From NCBI GenBank assembly GCA_040954595.2, contig CM082596.2, forward strand, positions 7,890,468-7,954,467: DNA of 64,000 nt, written 5' to 3'. The stretch comes from Balanoglossus misakiensis. Lineage: Eukaryota; Animalia; Hemichordata. The notes beneath the pieces were generated by a model that did no database searches, had not been told where the DNA came from, and worked only from the letters and a program-made list of their open reading frames with translations. Below are positions 1 to 14,300 of the stretch, one piece after another; within the stretch, counting starts at the first letter, position 1, and each line of letters starts with the position of its first letter. Both the position numbers and the translations under genes were made by a program.

Positions 1-3000
1 ATGTCCATGTGTCTCGCTTCTTTGGGGCTCTCCTCCTGTTCAAGTAATAGCAGAAAACTCTTTAACTTCTGGCATTGAGGTGTATCAAACATGAAAGAGC
101 TTTGATCAGGCACATGTCTGTAAATACAGCTTCAAGTTCAAGAATCTTTTAAAACTTGAAAGAATGTCGTCAAAATGAGGTATTCAACCAACACCTTTAT
201 TGCATTTATCTGTAGCTGATAATACCCCTATTCCAATATGAAAATTCAATCCCATTGTTCCAAGCACTTCAGGTGTCACAGATCATTTGGATCTCCCAGA
301 TTTCAACACAAGGTATTTCCAGCCCAATGTACGTGGTCGTCAACTTACTGGGGATTATGTCTTACACTATTCCCTGCTCATCATTGATCATACACTATGA
401 TTCACTGTCTTTAATACAGCAACCTTCAGACAGTATAAAGAAACTCCTGTTCGATGGAATACCTCACTCAGGTATATATGGGTGAAGGTTAACATTTGCA
501 GACCTAAGAGATGAGACACTCACCCCTTTCCACACTGATATTCCCACAAACAGAATAAACTGACCATCAGAGCCATCAAAAGATGAAATGCTGCCATCAC
601 TGTCGAAGCCCACTCAAAACCAACAAGGTCGACAAGTGCGCCACCTGTAGTTGGACCTAAAAAATTTCTGAATGACAAAGAACAAATACATCATGATACT
701 TTTTCTCGCAACGTTTTATATTTAACTTTGAATGTTAAATCAGTAATCATGGCCAATCAAACGTTTGTAATTGATTAACCCTTTCACCCCAGTTCCCTCT
801 AAATTTAGAGGTCCAACATTCTTATAGAAAGCAATGCAGTTAGATTGAACCATGGTGGTGAAGGCATTAGGAGCTAATTATGGTGTATTGTAAGGTTAAC
901 ATAAACACTAACAGTGATTAATTAATTAAATCGTAGTTATCTGTAGATTTGGCATTGGTGTTTACCATGAGAAACCTTATCAGACGTTCGAGAATACTTT
1001 GTACTATATGAGCTTACGTTGTGTGGTAAATGCATTTTAAAGTGAAGGGGTCGTCGTTTATAAACATTACAATTCATCCACAAATCCCTGAAATTAGATC
1101 ATTCTTAGACTGAACGAAGCAGCCAACCATAGCGTAGACATGACAGCAACTGAAGATCCTAGTAGGTCGTGGCGACTGCAGTAGGGTTTGTGCTTGTATG
1201 GGAGGACATATTCTCATCAAGGGGGACACCCACGCAGCCCGACGACCCCTTTCCTTTAACTTTGTGGATAAAAACTCACCCTAGTGCCATGAATGCTGTG
1301 AAAATTCCAGAAACCAGGCCGTAGGTGCTGATATCATCTGGCATTCCGTACCACCTGGAATTTATACGTGCACCATTATAGTTGCGACTTGAAACTTTCC
1401 AAATATGTGTTTTATATCTTGCCACTGACACAGTATATCATCAAGTATAACTGTGCTAACAGACGAAACTATGGATTAATTATTATTAATTTTGGATTGT
1501 CGTTGTAACTTACCCTGCTGTTGTCATCAAATCAATGAAGGTTGGAACGAATAAACACCCAAGGGAGATACCAAGTAAAACCAATGAAAATACCACTAAC
1601 CAGAGCTGGCTGCAAAAAAAACAAGTGTCAGTAAATGTAGCTAGAGTAAAATGCATCTGTGGACACACATGCTTAAACAATACCAGAATCACTTTCCTTC
1701 CTTCATCCATTTTGTTGTCTAAAACTGTTAATTAACTAAAAGTGCATTTACCCATCATATATTTGTATGAAATGAATACTGTGGTTCTTGTTCATTTGAT
1801 AACAAACCACATCATAACATTTTGTGAACCAATACCCATCCATTATTATTTTTTGTAAATCATTAAGATTTCAAATAAAAGATGGCTTGCATATCACACT
1901 TAACCCTTTCACCCCCAGTTCCCTCTTTAGAGGTCCAACTTTACCATAGAAAACAATGGGTTTGGACTGAACCATTGTGGTGAAAGGGATAAACAATCAA
2001 ACAAGTAGATATACCTTCTGATATTTAATAATGGTGATGGTCCCAAGTAGAGAAACGAAGCAGCTGAAACAATGCTACCAATTATCATTAATAGCCTGGG
2101 TATGTCCTGGAACGATTATAGGAAAATATTAAAAATATTAGAGTTTAGTTGTGGTTGCACAAACATTTAAGCATTTAATGTTTTTCAATGAATGTAGACC
2201 GTGTAGCGCTGAAAAATGGTGGCTTAAAGTGAAGGAGACATCGCACCGCATTTGTCTGTTTATAAACATTACAATTCATCCACAAATCTCTGCAATTATA
2301 TAATTCTTAGAATGAACGAATCAGCCCACCATAGCGTAGACTGGGCATGACAGCAACTGAAGATCCTAGTAGGTCGTGGCGACTGCAGTGGGGTTTACTC
2401 TGGTATGGGAGGACATATTCTCATCAAGGGGGACACCCACGCGGTGCGACGACCCCTTCCCTTTAAATGTAATATGCAAAAAGGCAGTTGATGTCGGGAC
2501 ATAATAAAAAAAATACTTACAATTTTATTTAGAAGACTGCCCCAGGCTGCAGATGACAGTGTATATGTCATAGCAAGTGCCAGAAAGATTAATCCGGATT
2601 CTGTTGCACCTAAATCAAACTTTAAAATCAGAGACGGAATATTTCCAAATTAATTCTTTAATACTATCAATAGTTTTCCCTTTGTTGTAAACAATTGAAT
2701 TAAGCTTCGGAACAATGCTGCAGTTTGTTTGTGTTACATGTTAGTGTCTTCATTTCGTCCAATAGACACATCACCAAATTTCAATAACAACACATTTCAC
2801 AGATTCTCATTGTACAGTGATATAAATGTAAGACTATGATGCAAGTACTGTAAAACACTTTATTTTCGTGAGTTAAAATTTTCGCGATATCGAGAGAGGC
2901 CACTGTTTCGCGAGTATTAATTTTCGCATTCTCATATTTCATTCACTGCATCGTTATCTTCATAAAAAAAATTACGCGACGTTTTATTTTCACACTATTT

Positions 3001-6000
3001 TGGCTCTCGCGTATTTCGTGAAAAATTTATTGCTCGCGAAAATAAAGTGTTTTACAGTATATAAACGACCAAAAAAAACTGCTGCTTGTACATGACAACT
3101 GTGAGAGCCATTTTCAAAGCAAAGGTGCTGGCATTATAATCACCACACAAAATACCCAAAACCAAATTCAGTCAAATACTGTACATTACCTGCTGAAGAT
3201 GCTTAGCCAATGTTGGCTCATAAAAGCCAACTGCAATTGCACCACTTAAAAGACAAGCTGATGTTACTATGGCTGAGGGGATTGACATTAAATGTGATAA
3301 CGACCCTGAGCGTGGTTTGAAAACTCCTGGAAGTGATGAAACAAACATCAATTCAATGGACAGAACATTTCCTATACTGAGGTTTAATCGAAAAAATGTA
3401 AATTATTAAAAATGCCACAGGTACTGTTGTCACTAAACCAGTACAGGTGACTGTAAAATCCAAAATACATACATAATGTACTTAACAGTAGTTGATGAAT
3501 GCAAGAAGAATTGTAACTGTCCCGATACTTGAAAGCTGATATCAAATTGAACAGTCATGTCTCAATTGCCAGCTCGCATTTTGGTTGGTTGTACTATAAC
3601 TTATATATTACCTTCTTCTTTTGGTAAAATAAAGAAATTTAAAAATGCGACCAACAGCATAATTGCTCCAATGACCATAAATGGTAATGTGTATCCACCT
3701 TCCTGGAAAATGTAAATAAATTGATATTAGCATATTGATGTGTTTATCTGAGGATTAAGGCACATACTGTGATAAGCCTAATAATGCGCAAAATTTAAGT
3801 GCAAGACACAAATCACAAAATTTAATATACGAAATGGCCATTTCACTCGGCCACAACCTCGACTCTAAAGAATGAAATTCGGGCTACTATAACACAATCA
3901 TTTTGTTTAGAAGTTAGGGTATTTGACTTAAACAAGGCAATTAAGGCAAGTCTTGTATTTGTGTTTTTAAATGGCCATACCAGTGTGTGATGTGTTCACA
4001 CTGTAAACATGTACATTTTGGTACTACATTATATAGGGGTAGGTTGGAAAGCTTACCTCGTACAGCAACCCACCCACAGGAGGTCCTATTGTCAGACCGA
4101 GACCTACAAACAATTCTTGTAATGCCTTAAAACACAACAAACAGGATATTGGTTGGAAATATGTCAGGTATCATGTCAATGGCCTCATTATGACATTATT
4201 TCTATGGTTGCCAGCTTCACAGGTTGTTAACGAGTCTGCCTCTGGGCATTTTTAGATATTTTTGAAAGTATACATAGAACTCCTTTTTGTCCTACATAGT
4301 ACTAGTAAATACTATACTTGTCATTAACTGACTCCAGTTGAAATTTAAAGACAATATGACCCAATATTTCAGGGGAAAAAACAAAATAAAATAAAACCTT
4401 TGATCTCTGTCACACAAGGATCACCATGATTGGGAGTGCCAAATATTAGTATTAATGATGATATTCTTATGAAATAATTGCTTTGCAAGGTACCCTCGTG
4501 GAAAATACTGTTAACTTTCATTAGAGTTTAAGCAACATATTTCAGATAATCACTTCAAGTAGTGATGCGAATGGTTCTATAGATTCACTCACAATTACTG
4601 GTGCCAGGTTGTCAGGAAACGTCTTGACAACTATGGCGTAACCTGCCGTGCTTGTCGCTGCCTGTCCAAGGCCCTCTATAGACCTCGATATGAAACAGAA
4701 TGCAATGAACACTCCTCCCTGGTTTTCTGGTATGTTATTCAAAAGCCTTTATAAAACAAGACAAAATACCCACATCACGTCAGTTGCCAATTCCCAATGC
4801 AGCTAATAGACTGATATGAATGTCTATTTAAGCAGTTTACCGGTATAGACGTATGGAGCAGGACAACTAACACTTTCTGACGGGTATAATGACATCACTT
4901 CCTGGTTTCAGTTTACACCAAAATGGCTGTAACATTCTCATACTCAACTGTGATGTAATTGTCCTAAAGCCTGAACGGTCAGTTGTCAAATTCAAACAAT
5001 TGTTGCAGGACAGTACATTTTCTCAATTTATAAAAATGACAGATTCGACAAACTTTTCATAGAAAAGTACTTACAAGCATGACTTTGAAATCGTGGATTT
5101 GTATGACGTTATGCTGATATACAAAGTGCAATATGACTCTATCAGTTGGTCGCTTTTTGCTGATTTGTTGTCAATTTTTGTTCACTTACCCAAAGATAAT
5201 CCCACAGCCTCCCAATAAGGAACACCCTACTATAAACATGAGCTTTGCACCGATATGTGGGAGCTGAAAGGTGTAAAAACAATAGCAGTGTTCAAATGTA
5301 CGTAGGTGAAAAGCATAACATAAATATTATAAAAGGGTTTGGTAACCCAGGTTACTAACCAGCAGCCATTTTATGCGCAATTGCAAAATGCTCAGATGGT
5401 AAAATGTCTAGATGTATAACCATCTTGATGTCTCTAACTGTAATTGCCCATACATTCACCAACATCACTGCAGTTTGTTTATTTTGAAAGCATATATGAT
5501 ATATTGTACTTTTTGAAATGACATGTACGATTTGAAATTGGGGTAATAATCTACCGTTTACTATATTTTACATCAACAGTACATATCCGTTCAATGTTGT
5601 TACACCCACCATCATGTTGTTCATCAAGAAATATATGAAACAAATGAGAATGTATGATGTACAACCTTCATCAAGAGTAGCTTGTATGAGTCAAGTTCAT
5701 ATGATTATTGATTATATGACATATATTCTTGAACTTAGTAATCTTCAAATCATTACATGTAATTTACTGTAAAACGGGTTATTTTTGCGACAGGAAATTT
5801 TTCGCGATATCAAAATAGGCAACTGTTACGCGAAGATTAATTTTCACGTTCTCGTATGTCACTAACCGCATCGTTATATCCGAACAACATTTTCCGAAAA
5901 ACATTTGACGCGTTTTTTGGCTCTCATTTATTTCGCGAAAATGTATTGCTTGTGAAAATAACCCATTTTATAGTAGTAACACTTACATATTTTCCAAGTA

Positions 6001-6626
6001 ATGGCGACGATACAAACTGCGCAAGTGCAAAACAACTGAAAACCAGCCCAACTATCGTACTGGAGGCACCCCTTCTAGTGGCCTTTGGCGAAGAATGACA
6101 AAAAAATAATGATTATATACTGTGATATACAAACTAGTAGAATGTGATCACACCATTTCCATTCAAAGGCAACTCATTACTTGAATGAACTTGCCTAGAG
6201 CTTCTGAGATCATTTGGTTGTATATTTTGAATACTATTATTTTGAGTCATTGAGTAATATACTGGTATAAAAGACTCAAAACTTTAGTGAATTGGAAAAA
6301 GTTTCATATTGTTTCTATTGTTCTACACATTGACACATTGATGTGATAGTTTGAAAAATAAATTGCCAATAACTCTTTTTCTGTTTCATCAGTATAGATT
6401 CAGTTAATATGTCTCGGAAGTGGACGTTTTAAATTTCAATCCTTGCACTTACCTCAATAGGGAAGAATGGGCCAATAATACTGTAACATGTGAAGCCTGC
6501 GAGATTTCCAAGCGAAACACTGAGTAGTGTGAGTTTTTTTCTTATTGTAAAACCATCGGCCTTGGTGTCGGAATTTTCCTTGCTTTTGAGATTGGCTAAA
6601 TTGTCCTCTTGGGTGATAATTGCCAT
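1..6626 (-). CDS. SLC18B1: MFS-type transporter SLC18B1-like (vesicular polyamine transporter family), copy A; 3' end runs off the window
   Basis: Hand-assembled GT-AG exons (minus): 6453-6626, 5987-6082, 5190-5263, 4593-4746, 4057-4125, 3612-3702, 3190-3326, 2521-2619, 2015-2106, 1514-1609, 1280-1354, 524-667, <1-35. Phases are consistent and internal exon lengths equal those of copy B. Motifs CYSIIGPFFPIE, GLGLTIGPPVGG, GFYEPTL, YLGPSP, GMPDDISTYGLVSG and GFEWAST resemble SLC18B1. Confidence 0.9.
776..866. mobile_element. Short non-autonomous inverted-repeat element (family B), right end degenerate
   Basis: TAACCCTTTCACC...GGTGGTGAAGG; homologous to 1901-1991. Confidence 0.6.
1037..1259. 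mobile_element. MITE family C with TTAA ends (Kolobok/piggyBac-like)
   Basis: TTAAAGTGAAGGGGTCGTCG...CGACGACCCCTTTCCTTTAA; a near-identical copy lies at 2225-2466. Confidence 0.7.
1901..1991. mobile_element. Short non-autonomous inverted-repeat element (family B)
   Basis: TAACCCTTTCACC...GGTGAAAGGGATA terminal inverted repeat; second copy at 776-866. Confidence 0.65.
2225..2466. mobile_element. MITE family C with TTAA ends
   Basis: Shares its internal sequence (gacagcaactgaagatcctagtaggtcgtggcgactgcag...) and ends with 1037-1259. Confidence 0.7.
2846..3059. mobile_element. MITE family A (TA-ended, long TIR)
   Basis: TACTGTAAAACACTTTATTTTCG...CGAAAATAAAGTGTTTTACAGTA; related copies at 5765, 62226, 62532 and 63521. 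Confidence 0.85.
5765..5975. mobile_element. MITE family A, divergent subfamily
   Basis: TACTGTAAAACGGGTTATTTT...AAAATAACCCATTTTATAGTA; internal sequence is most similar to 62226-62404. Confidence 0.75.
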
Positions 6627-8304
6627 GGTGAAGTTACATCATTTGGTACAATTAACTATTTAGATGTCCTCTGCTTTTTGTGTTCTTCTAGCAATCTGAA
6701 CGTTCGCTTAGCAAGTCAGTAGTGGCTTGTTGGCAGATGCACGCGCATATAAACTGTTCACCAGTACTCTCAAGACTCCCATATGTTAGTTATTAATACA
6801 TGTATTATCTGTAAAAGTGGAAAAGAACAAAAATCTCAGCCTGATAAGACCTAGCTAGCATTATAATCTAAGTCATTGATTGAGAAGTAAGGGGACAATC
6901 TCATTCTTCAAAGTGTTGCCTGGCTGCCATACATACACCCATTGCGAATCTCGCAGATGTGCTATGGTCACCGTATGCTGATGTTTGGAGGAGAATGCAG
7001 AAAAGCATTCTTTTCAAACCAGTTTCTTTACAGGTGGGGGTGCTTGTGGAGCAGTGATTTAAACCATCACTCACACTGGCAGGACGTTTTCCTTCATTCA
7101 CAAGCAAGCCTTTGCACCAGTATGCATTCAGGCGGAACACTGCCGCCTAACATGTAATTGTGCGGAGGCCGTGTGCTTATTTCTCGAATGGAAGCTTACA
7201 TAATACCCAGGCTTAATGCCCGCATAATTCCATTGAGTAAAACCAGCAGTAAAACACAAGCAGATTTGTCAATTCAGTGGACAACAATGCCACGCTTGAT
7301 TTCTGAAAAACTGAATGGAAGTCAAATTACGCCATCTTCACTGGCAAATTTTGCAAGCCAAGTGTAAAGTGTATACACCAGACAACTACTTTAGCTTGAT
7401 ATCACTGCTGTTGAAATTCAGCCGGAGAATTAGGTTTGCTGCAAGTTTTCCAGCATCCAAACTGTTTTTGATTTTAAAGTCATAACTGTAAAGTCAAACA
7501 CAAATCTCAGGAACATGAAAGGTGTAAATGTATTCGTCCAATTCTGTCAGTGCGTGTCACACATTTCTGAGGCAATTTTCCACGCAAGACGCAAAAACAG
7601 TTCATTTCAAAGCCACAGTTATACTTAATGCAAGTTTATAACACTCACCGACCAATTACGTGGATCCTGCAACTATGTCTTCCGGTGTGTTTGTTGAGTA
7701 TGAGTATATGTCCCGAGTACACATCGCACCAACTAGTCGAATTGAAGAAATACAGACAGTGGCACATACCATTTTAGATGGGTGATTGTGCTCCTGAAAG
7801 GTGTGCGTGGGCACCACCTCTATAGAATGAAAGTGGATCAAACCATTCATGCCCACCAATCTTTTTCATCCGAACCATCTTCTCACTATTTGGAAACGCA
7901 GACATCCCTTTTTTCAGGGCAATGAATGGCACAGTGGAAAAGTTCTGGGAGAATTAAAGAACTAGACTGCCCTGTTGTTTTCTACGTTTCGTTTCTAATA
8001 TGGTGATTTTCCAGCCTATGCAGCGTAAAAGTTTGCTTCACGATGACTTCATAGTGGGCCTGATATGGCTGTGATTTTTCTGTCTTTCCCACTTTTATAG
8101 ATAATATTAATAACTATCATATGAGAGTAAACTATATATATACCGGTATATGTGTGTATATGTATCAGGCTGCACACATCTGCCAACTAACCACTATAGT
8201 TAAGACTGACTTACCAAGAGAATGTTCAGATCGCTAAAAGGACACAAACACAAAGGCCACGGGACATCTAAATAGTTAATTTTACCAAATGGTGTAATTC
8301 CACA

Positions 8305-11300
8305 ATGACAATTACCCAAGAAGACCAACATGTCAATCCCCAAAGCAAGGAGAAACTGGACACCCCAGCCAATGGTTTTACAATAAGACAGAAGCTAACG
8401 CTATGTAGCATGATGCTCGCTGATCTCACAGGCTTCACATATTATAGCATTTTGGCGCCGTTCTTCCCTATTGAGGTAAGTATAAGGATTTTACATACAG
8501 TATTTGGAGTCATTGGTCAATATTCTATATATACAGAAGACATATTGATGAAAGATATCTTTCATCAATATGTCTTGGGTATATATAGAAATATAAATAC
8601 AAAAACTCAACTTGATGTTCACATTCCTAAACATTTGTGCCTGTTATTGTTAATATAATGCCCAATGACTCAAAACGACAGCATTTCCATGAAAGTATCA
8701 AATGTCGTTTCACGATCTCGACAATCGCTGCACAATATATTTAGGAGACAAGGTTGGATTTAGCAGAGGCAACATCATTCCATAAATGGATAATCTTTCA
8801 CAAGAAACAGTGTGAAGTAGATGTGTAATGCAACATGTACTTCTTAAACAATTTCACAGTGTGTTCATAATCTATCCATTCTTCTGATTTAATTTTTTTC
8901 TTTGTCAATAAGGCCACCAAATGGGGTGCCTCCGGTACAGTTGTGGGGCTGATTTTTGGTTGTTTCTCACTTGCGCAATTTGCATCATCAGCATTATTTG
9001 GAAAATTAGTAAGTGTCACCATTATATACTGGTACATAATGATTTGAAATTTATTGTAAGCTCAAGACAGTTACACCTAGACATTCACCATCTGAAAATT
9101 CCATAATGATTTGAAATTTACTGTAAGCTCAAGACAATATATATGAAGACGGTTACGCCAGACATTCACCATCTGAAAATTTCAAATTTTGGCTAATGTC
9201 TGGTGGTTAAAATTGAGGGGGTAACTAATCCTTTATGTTCATGTTGTGCATTTCACCTGCATACGGGTACATTATATTTGAAAATTTTGTACACTCCTAC
9301 TGTTTTTTCATCTCTCAGCTGCCACATATTGGTACAAAACAGATGTTTCTAGTAGGAAGCTCTGTGTGTGGATGCTGTGCGGTTATCTTTGGGTAAGGGT
9401 GCAAAAATTAAACAAGTTGACAAAAATTAAGCAAAAGTCATAAGGGAATAACTCATATAGTCATTGCATTATGTATCAAGTTGACACATAAATCCATAAT
9501 TTCAAAGCCATGCTGGTTAGTACTTTCCAATTTTTCACAGGAAATGTTGATCCTCATTTCACCTTACTGTTGGAAATACCAACTTGTCGCACATCACATA
9601 ATAAATTTCATTTTTCTAATGAGAAATGTCAATTAAAAACTCAACGTTTATGAAAAAGTGGTGACGGCAGGCTTGCAGCTAACCAAGATGAAATTCCAGT
9701 ATTTCAATTTGAAATTAGGCTACTCATTGATTTTCTAGAATGCAAAACGTGTTTTTTCTACGATTAAATAAACTAATTTTTCCTTTTCCTTGTCTCTGTA
9801 CCACACGATGATACAAAAAGAATAAGGGGGTTTATAGATAGCACTTTGCAGTCAAACGTTGTATTCATTTTATTCACTGGCCTCGTACATTTGGAAATAG
9901 AAACTAGAAAACAGCATTTTCTATTTCCAATTCGTAGATATGAATAACATATGTAGAACAGCTTGGCAAGGTTGCAATAATTCTGATATTTTCAAAGGAA
10001 GCATGGAAACCTGAGCTCAATGAAAAATGTTCTTGAATTTATTCAATAAATGAATTTGACATTATTTAATGAATAACAAATATATTGCATACCAGTCTAA
10101 TAGTCGCGATAGTATATTGCCACCAGAGGAAAGGTTGTGACATTGGTATTTTTGTCTTGTTTTCACGAAGGCTGCTGAATAACATACCAGAAAACCTGGG
10201 AGGAGTGTTCATTGCATTCTGTTTCATAGTGCGGACTCTACAAGGCGTTAGTGATGCAGCATCAGCCACGGCAACAGTTGCCATAGTCGCCGAGACATTT
10301 CCAGACAACGTGTCCACAATATTTGTGAGTGGTCTTAACACAATTATTTGAACACAATTATTGTCATCACTACCTGAAGTGATGTAACTAATTTTAAACA
10401 TTGTAGAGTGAACATTTCAATATGCTGAGCTGGCGTTAGGGTAACTTGCGAATCACATATCTTCAGAATACAGTCATCGTTCGCGCTTACCATCATACCA
10501 AATCTTGTCTGTTAGCAAAATTCAAACAATTATTCTCTTTCTGTCTATGGGATATCGGATGATATTGGCTCAAATATGATTGAATTGTAGTAAAATCATT
10601 TAATAACATGTGTGGTGCATTAATTAATAGTGAGCCAGAATGTTGAATTTGGGTTTTCATATTAGACACAAGGGTTATACTCATACTTTCAAAATTGTAA
10701 GTTAACAATCATCCATGCTGACACCTATTTGCTTCAAATGACCTGCCTCTGTTAAGATGTTAAACATATCATGTGAAATGGTTCATGATACCCATACAGA
10801 ACAGACACATTTCCAACCAAATATCCCATTTGTTATGTTTACAGGGAGTACTTGAATTGTTTATTGGTCTAGGTCTGATGATAGGACCTCCTTTGGGTGG
10901 GTACCTGTACCAGGTAGGTCATATCCGATACATTGGGTACAGGATTATGCATCCATGTTCAGATACAGAGTGGTTGAACTGATTAAATTCAGAATAAATA
11001 CAATAGCATTGTGTAATTTGTGGTTTGCATTTTGTCACATTTTCTTTTATTTTGGTTATCATGGTTTATTCATTTTAATTGTTTAGTTCTTTATTTATAA
11101 ACATGAAGCAAATTAAACCGGTAAATTAAGCACAATAGAATTATTTTTACAAGGGCATATGCATAGTTAAATTGAGCTTAATAGAACTATTTTTATAACG
11201 GCGTATGCATAAAAAGGATTAAATTTGTGCAATGTACCCGCTACTCATAAAACTTTCACTTAAAGATAAAAAAAATTTGAATTATATACATATCATTAAA

Positions 11301-14300
11301 CTAAAATTACACTCAAGATCTGCCATACAATATCAATTCACCAAGCTATTAATTGAATTCTATTTTCCAGGTTGGTGGATATTCTTTACCATTTGTAGTC
11401 ACGGGAGCATGTATGCTGTTGGTCGCATTTTTAAATTTCTTTATTCTACCTAAAGATGAAGGTAATACACAGAACAGTTTAATATAGTACAACCACGCAA
11501 AATGCTGGCATAGTACTTTTTGCATAATGCTGGTATAGACTTTGCACTGTGACCTCCTACATGTAAACCCTGTTAGTACCAGGCATAAAGAGTAGTATGT
11601 GTTCAACCGTGCCATTTTTTCACAGTGCGGCTAAAAACTCTCAAAAAATTCCCTGCCAGCATTTGGGGGCAAACAAATGACAACAAAGCACAACAAAATT
11701 AATGTCGATGAAATCCTGGCAATGTATGAAAAGACTACCAGCACATATTGCCTTTTGTCGCTGTCATCTTACACAATACTCAGTTACTGTAAAGTAATAT
11801 GTATAGTAAATTACATAAATTTATCTGGAATTTATCTGTTTATTGAATTGCTGTTTATTTCATCATTTCCAGATGTTTTCAGACCACACTCGGGGTCCAT
11901 AATACGTTTTCTGTCTATACCCTCGGTCATAGTAACGTCTGCTTGTCTTCTAAGTGCTGGTTTTTCCATCACCTTTATTCTACCAATATTGGCAAAGCAT
12001 CTCCAGCAGGTAATGTCCACACTATTTGAGTAAATGTCTTGCTTTTGGTATTTTATAGTGTGCTGCATCTTAGTTTTGAAAATGGATTTAGTTTTGAAAA
12101 TGTAGTTAAGTTTTCTCCATCAGCAGTTTGCATACTTGTTTCGCAGTATTAATAATAAGAAACTAATTTTAATATTCCATCTCTTAATTTTAAAGTTTGA
12201 TTTAGATTCAACAGAAGTTGGGTTAGTCTTTCTAACAGTTCCCGCGTCATATGCACTGTTCTCGTTGGTCTGGGGCAGCCTAACAGATAAATTTGTAAGT
12301 ACATGACTTGTATATATACTTCTTGATTATGTCCTGGCATCACCAAATTGGCAAAAGCTGTGTTTGATAATGATGTCACTTCTTTCAAAGTATTCAATGA
12401 CAAGGATGTAACATCTGAAGCAAAGAACAAACATAGCTAGCTATGCACATATGCCCAGCATGGCGTGCAGTGACAGACACACCTATTGCAAAATGGCATC
12501 ATCCACATCGAATTGGGTGGAAGTCAAGCCCAACACCTTTTTCCGATGATTCAGTTATCGCAATAATGGAAATTCTGCCAATTTCCCCCAATTTTTGTTT
12601 AAAATCTTGCAAGTTATACATGACGAAAATGTTTTTTCCTGAAAAAGTGACCTCAAAGCTAGCTCATATTATGTAGAAATCAACTGGACTAAACTACTCC
12701 TTTAAAAGCATAAATAAAATCTAATATTTTTCTGTACTTTTTCCAGAATATACCCAAGCTGTTAATGATTATCGGTAACATTGATTTATGCATATCCTTT
12801 CTTTACTTGGGACCATCGCCATTCTTTAATATTTCAAGGTATATGTCTTCCTGTTCTGTTGGTACATGTATTGTGATTGAAGCACTGCGTTATGGCATTG
12901 ACTGTATACAATATTTATAACCAGAATCTCTGGTTTTGCACATGCGCATAAGACGATCATTGGCCTTTGTAGTAGCATCAGGTTGTACGTGTTTTGCATT
13001 AAAGTAAGGTCTGCCTTAGTTATATTGGGCATGAACAACTGTGATTTACGATCTAATATGTATTACGTTATAAAGGATAGGCTAAACTTACATACTGCAA
13101 GTTATCGAAATCTCATGACAATACAGTTGGGAAAAAACAAATATTTTTGTTTACATTCAGTTTTTGACACATAATTTTAAATATGACAATATACATTGAT
13201 TTCTTTTCAGCCAGATGTGGATGGTGATATTTTCATCGGTTCTAATGGGTATGTCCATAAGTAGTTTTGCTGTTCCAACTTTCTACGATTTTATCACAAC
13301 AGCAAGGTAAGTGAGAGAGATATTCCATAATTTACTTTTGGTACTTCTACTTCATTTCAATGGTATATGCTACAAACGAGGCAGACATTGGCAAATGATA
13401 GATACATAAATGATTGAAACACTTTCCTTTGTATAATAGCGTCATAGTTAACAGAATGTGTCATGTTCACATGATGGGTTTGATAAAAATCTGTATTGAA
13501 GTCCATAGTTATCGTGTTTGAGTATTGCTTCACTTCAGCTTCAAGTTCAGCCTTCTGATATGTTTCTTGATAGTGTGTTTGCATCATTGGCAAGGCATAA
13601 TATGTTGGAAATACAAAAATGTAGTTCTGGTCATACAGATAGTGCATTCACTCATCTTTTCCAGATGGAACGGAATGCCGGATGATATCAGCACCTACGG
13701 CGTCATTTCCGGAATTTTCACAGCACTCACTGGACTAGGGTAAGATTATCACACCTGGTATCTATAATCATTTCTTGCTTTGTGTACGTAGAAAATTTAC
13801 AACATACATGTGTTTCTGTTCAACAACCGCCACCATTCGCAAAATTTTTATTTTTAGCATGTCTACATGTACATTTGATACATTATTCTAATCGTACTTG
13901 TGGACACACACCACAAATGATTAATTGGCCATGCATGATTAGTGCATTGTCAATTGATAAAAAATTGTACCACGTCGATTTCGTTTGTTTCATACTCAGC
14001 AATTGTTTAGGCCCAATTACAGGGGGCGCACTTGTTGACCTTGTTGGTTTTGAGTGGGCGTCTACAGTGATGGCAGCATTTCATCTTTTGATGGCTCTGA
14101 TGGTCAGCTTATTCTGTTTGTGGGAATATCAGTGTGGAAAGGGGTGAGTGTCTCATTTCTTTAGGTCTGCAAATGCTAACCACCACCCACATATACATGT
14201 ACCTGAGTGAGGTATTCCATCGAACAGGAATTTCTTTGTACTGTCTGTACGTTGCTGTATTAAAAACAGTGAATCATGGTGTATGATCAATGATGAGCAG

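Noticed and set aside
255-485. Similar ORFs at 255-485 (+) and 14153-14401 (-) that look like a conserved small gene
   Set aside because: Both are antisense within intron 12 of the SLC18B1 copies. Their similarity follows from the near-identical duplicated intron, and they have no recognisable domain.
6850-8060. Short ORFs in the spacer between the SLC18B1 copies
   Set aside because: No recognisable motifs or coherent splice structure.
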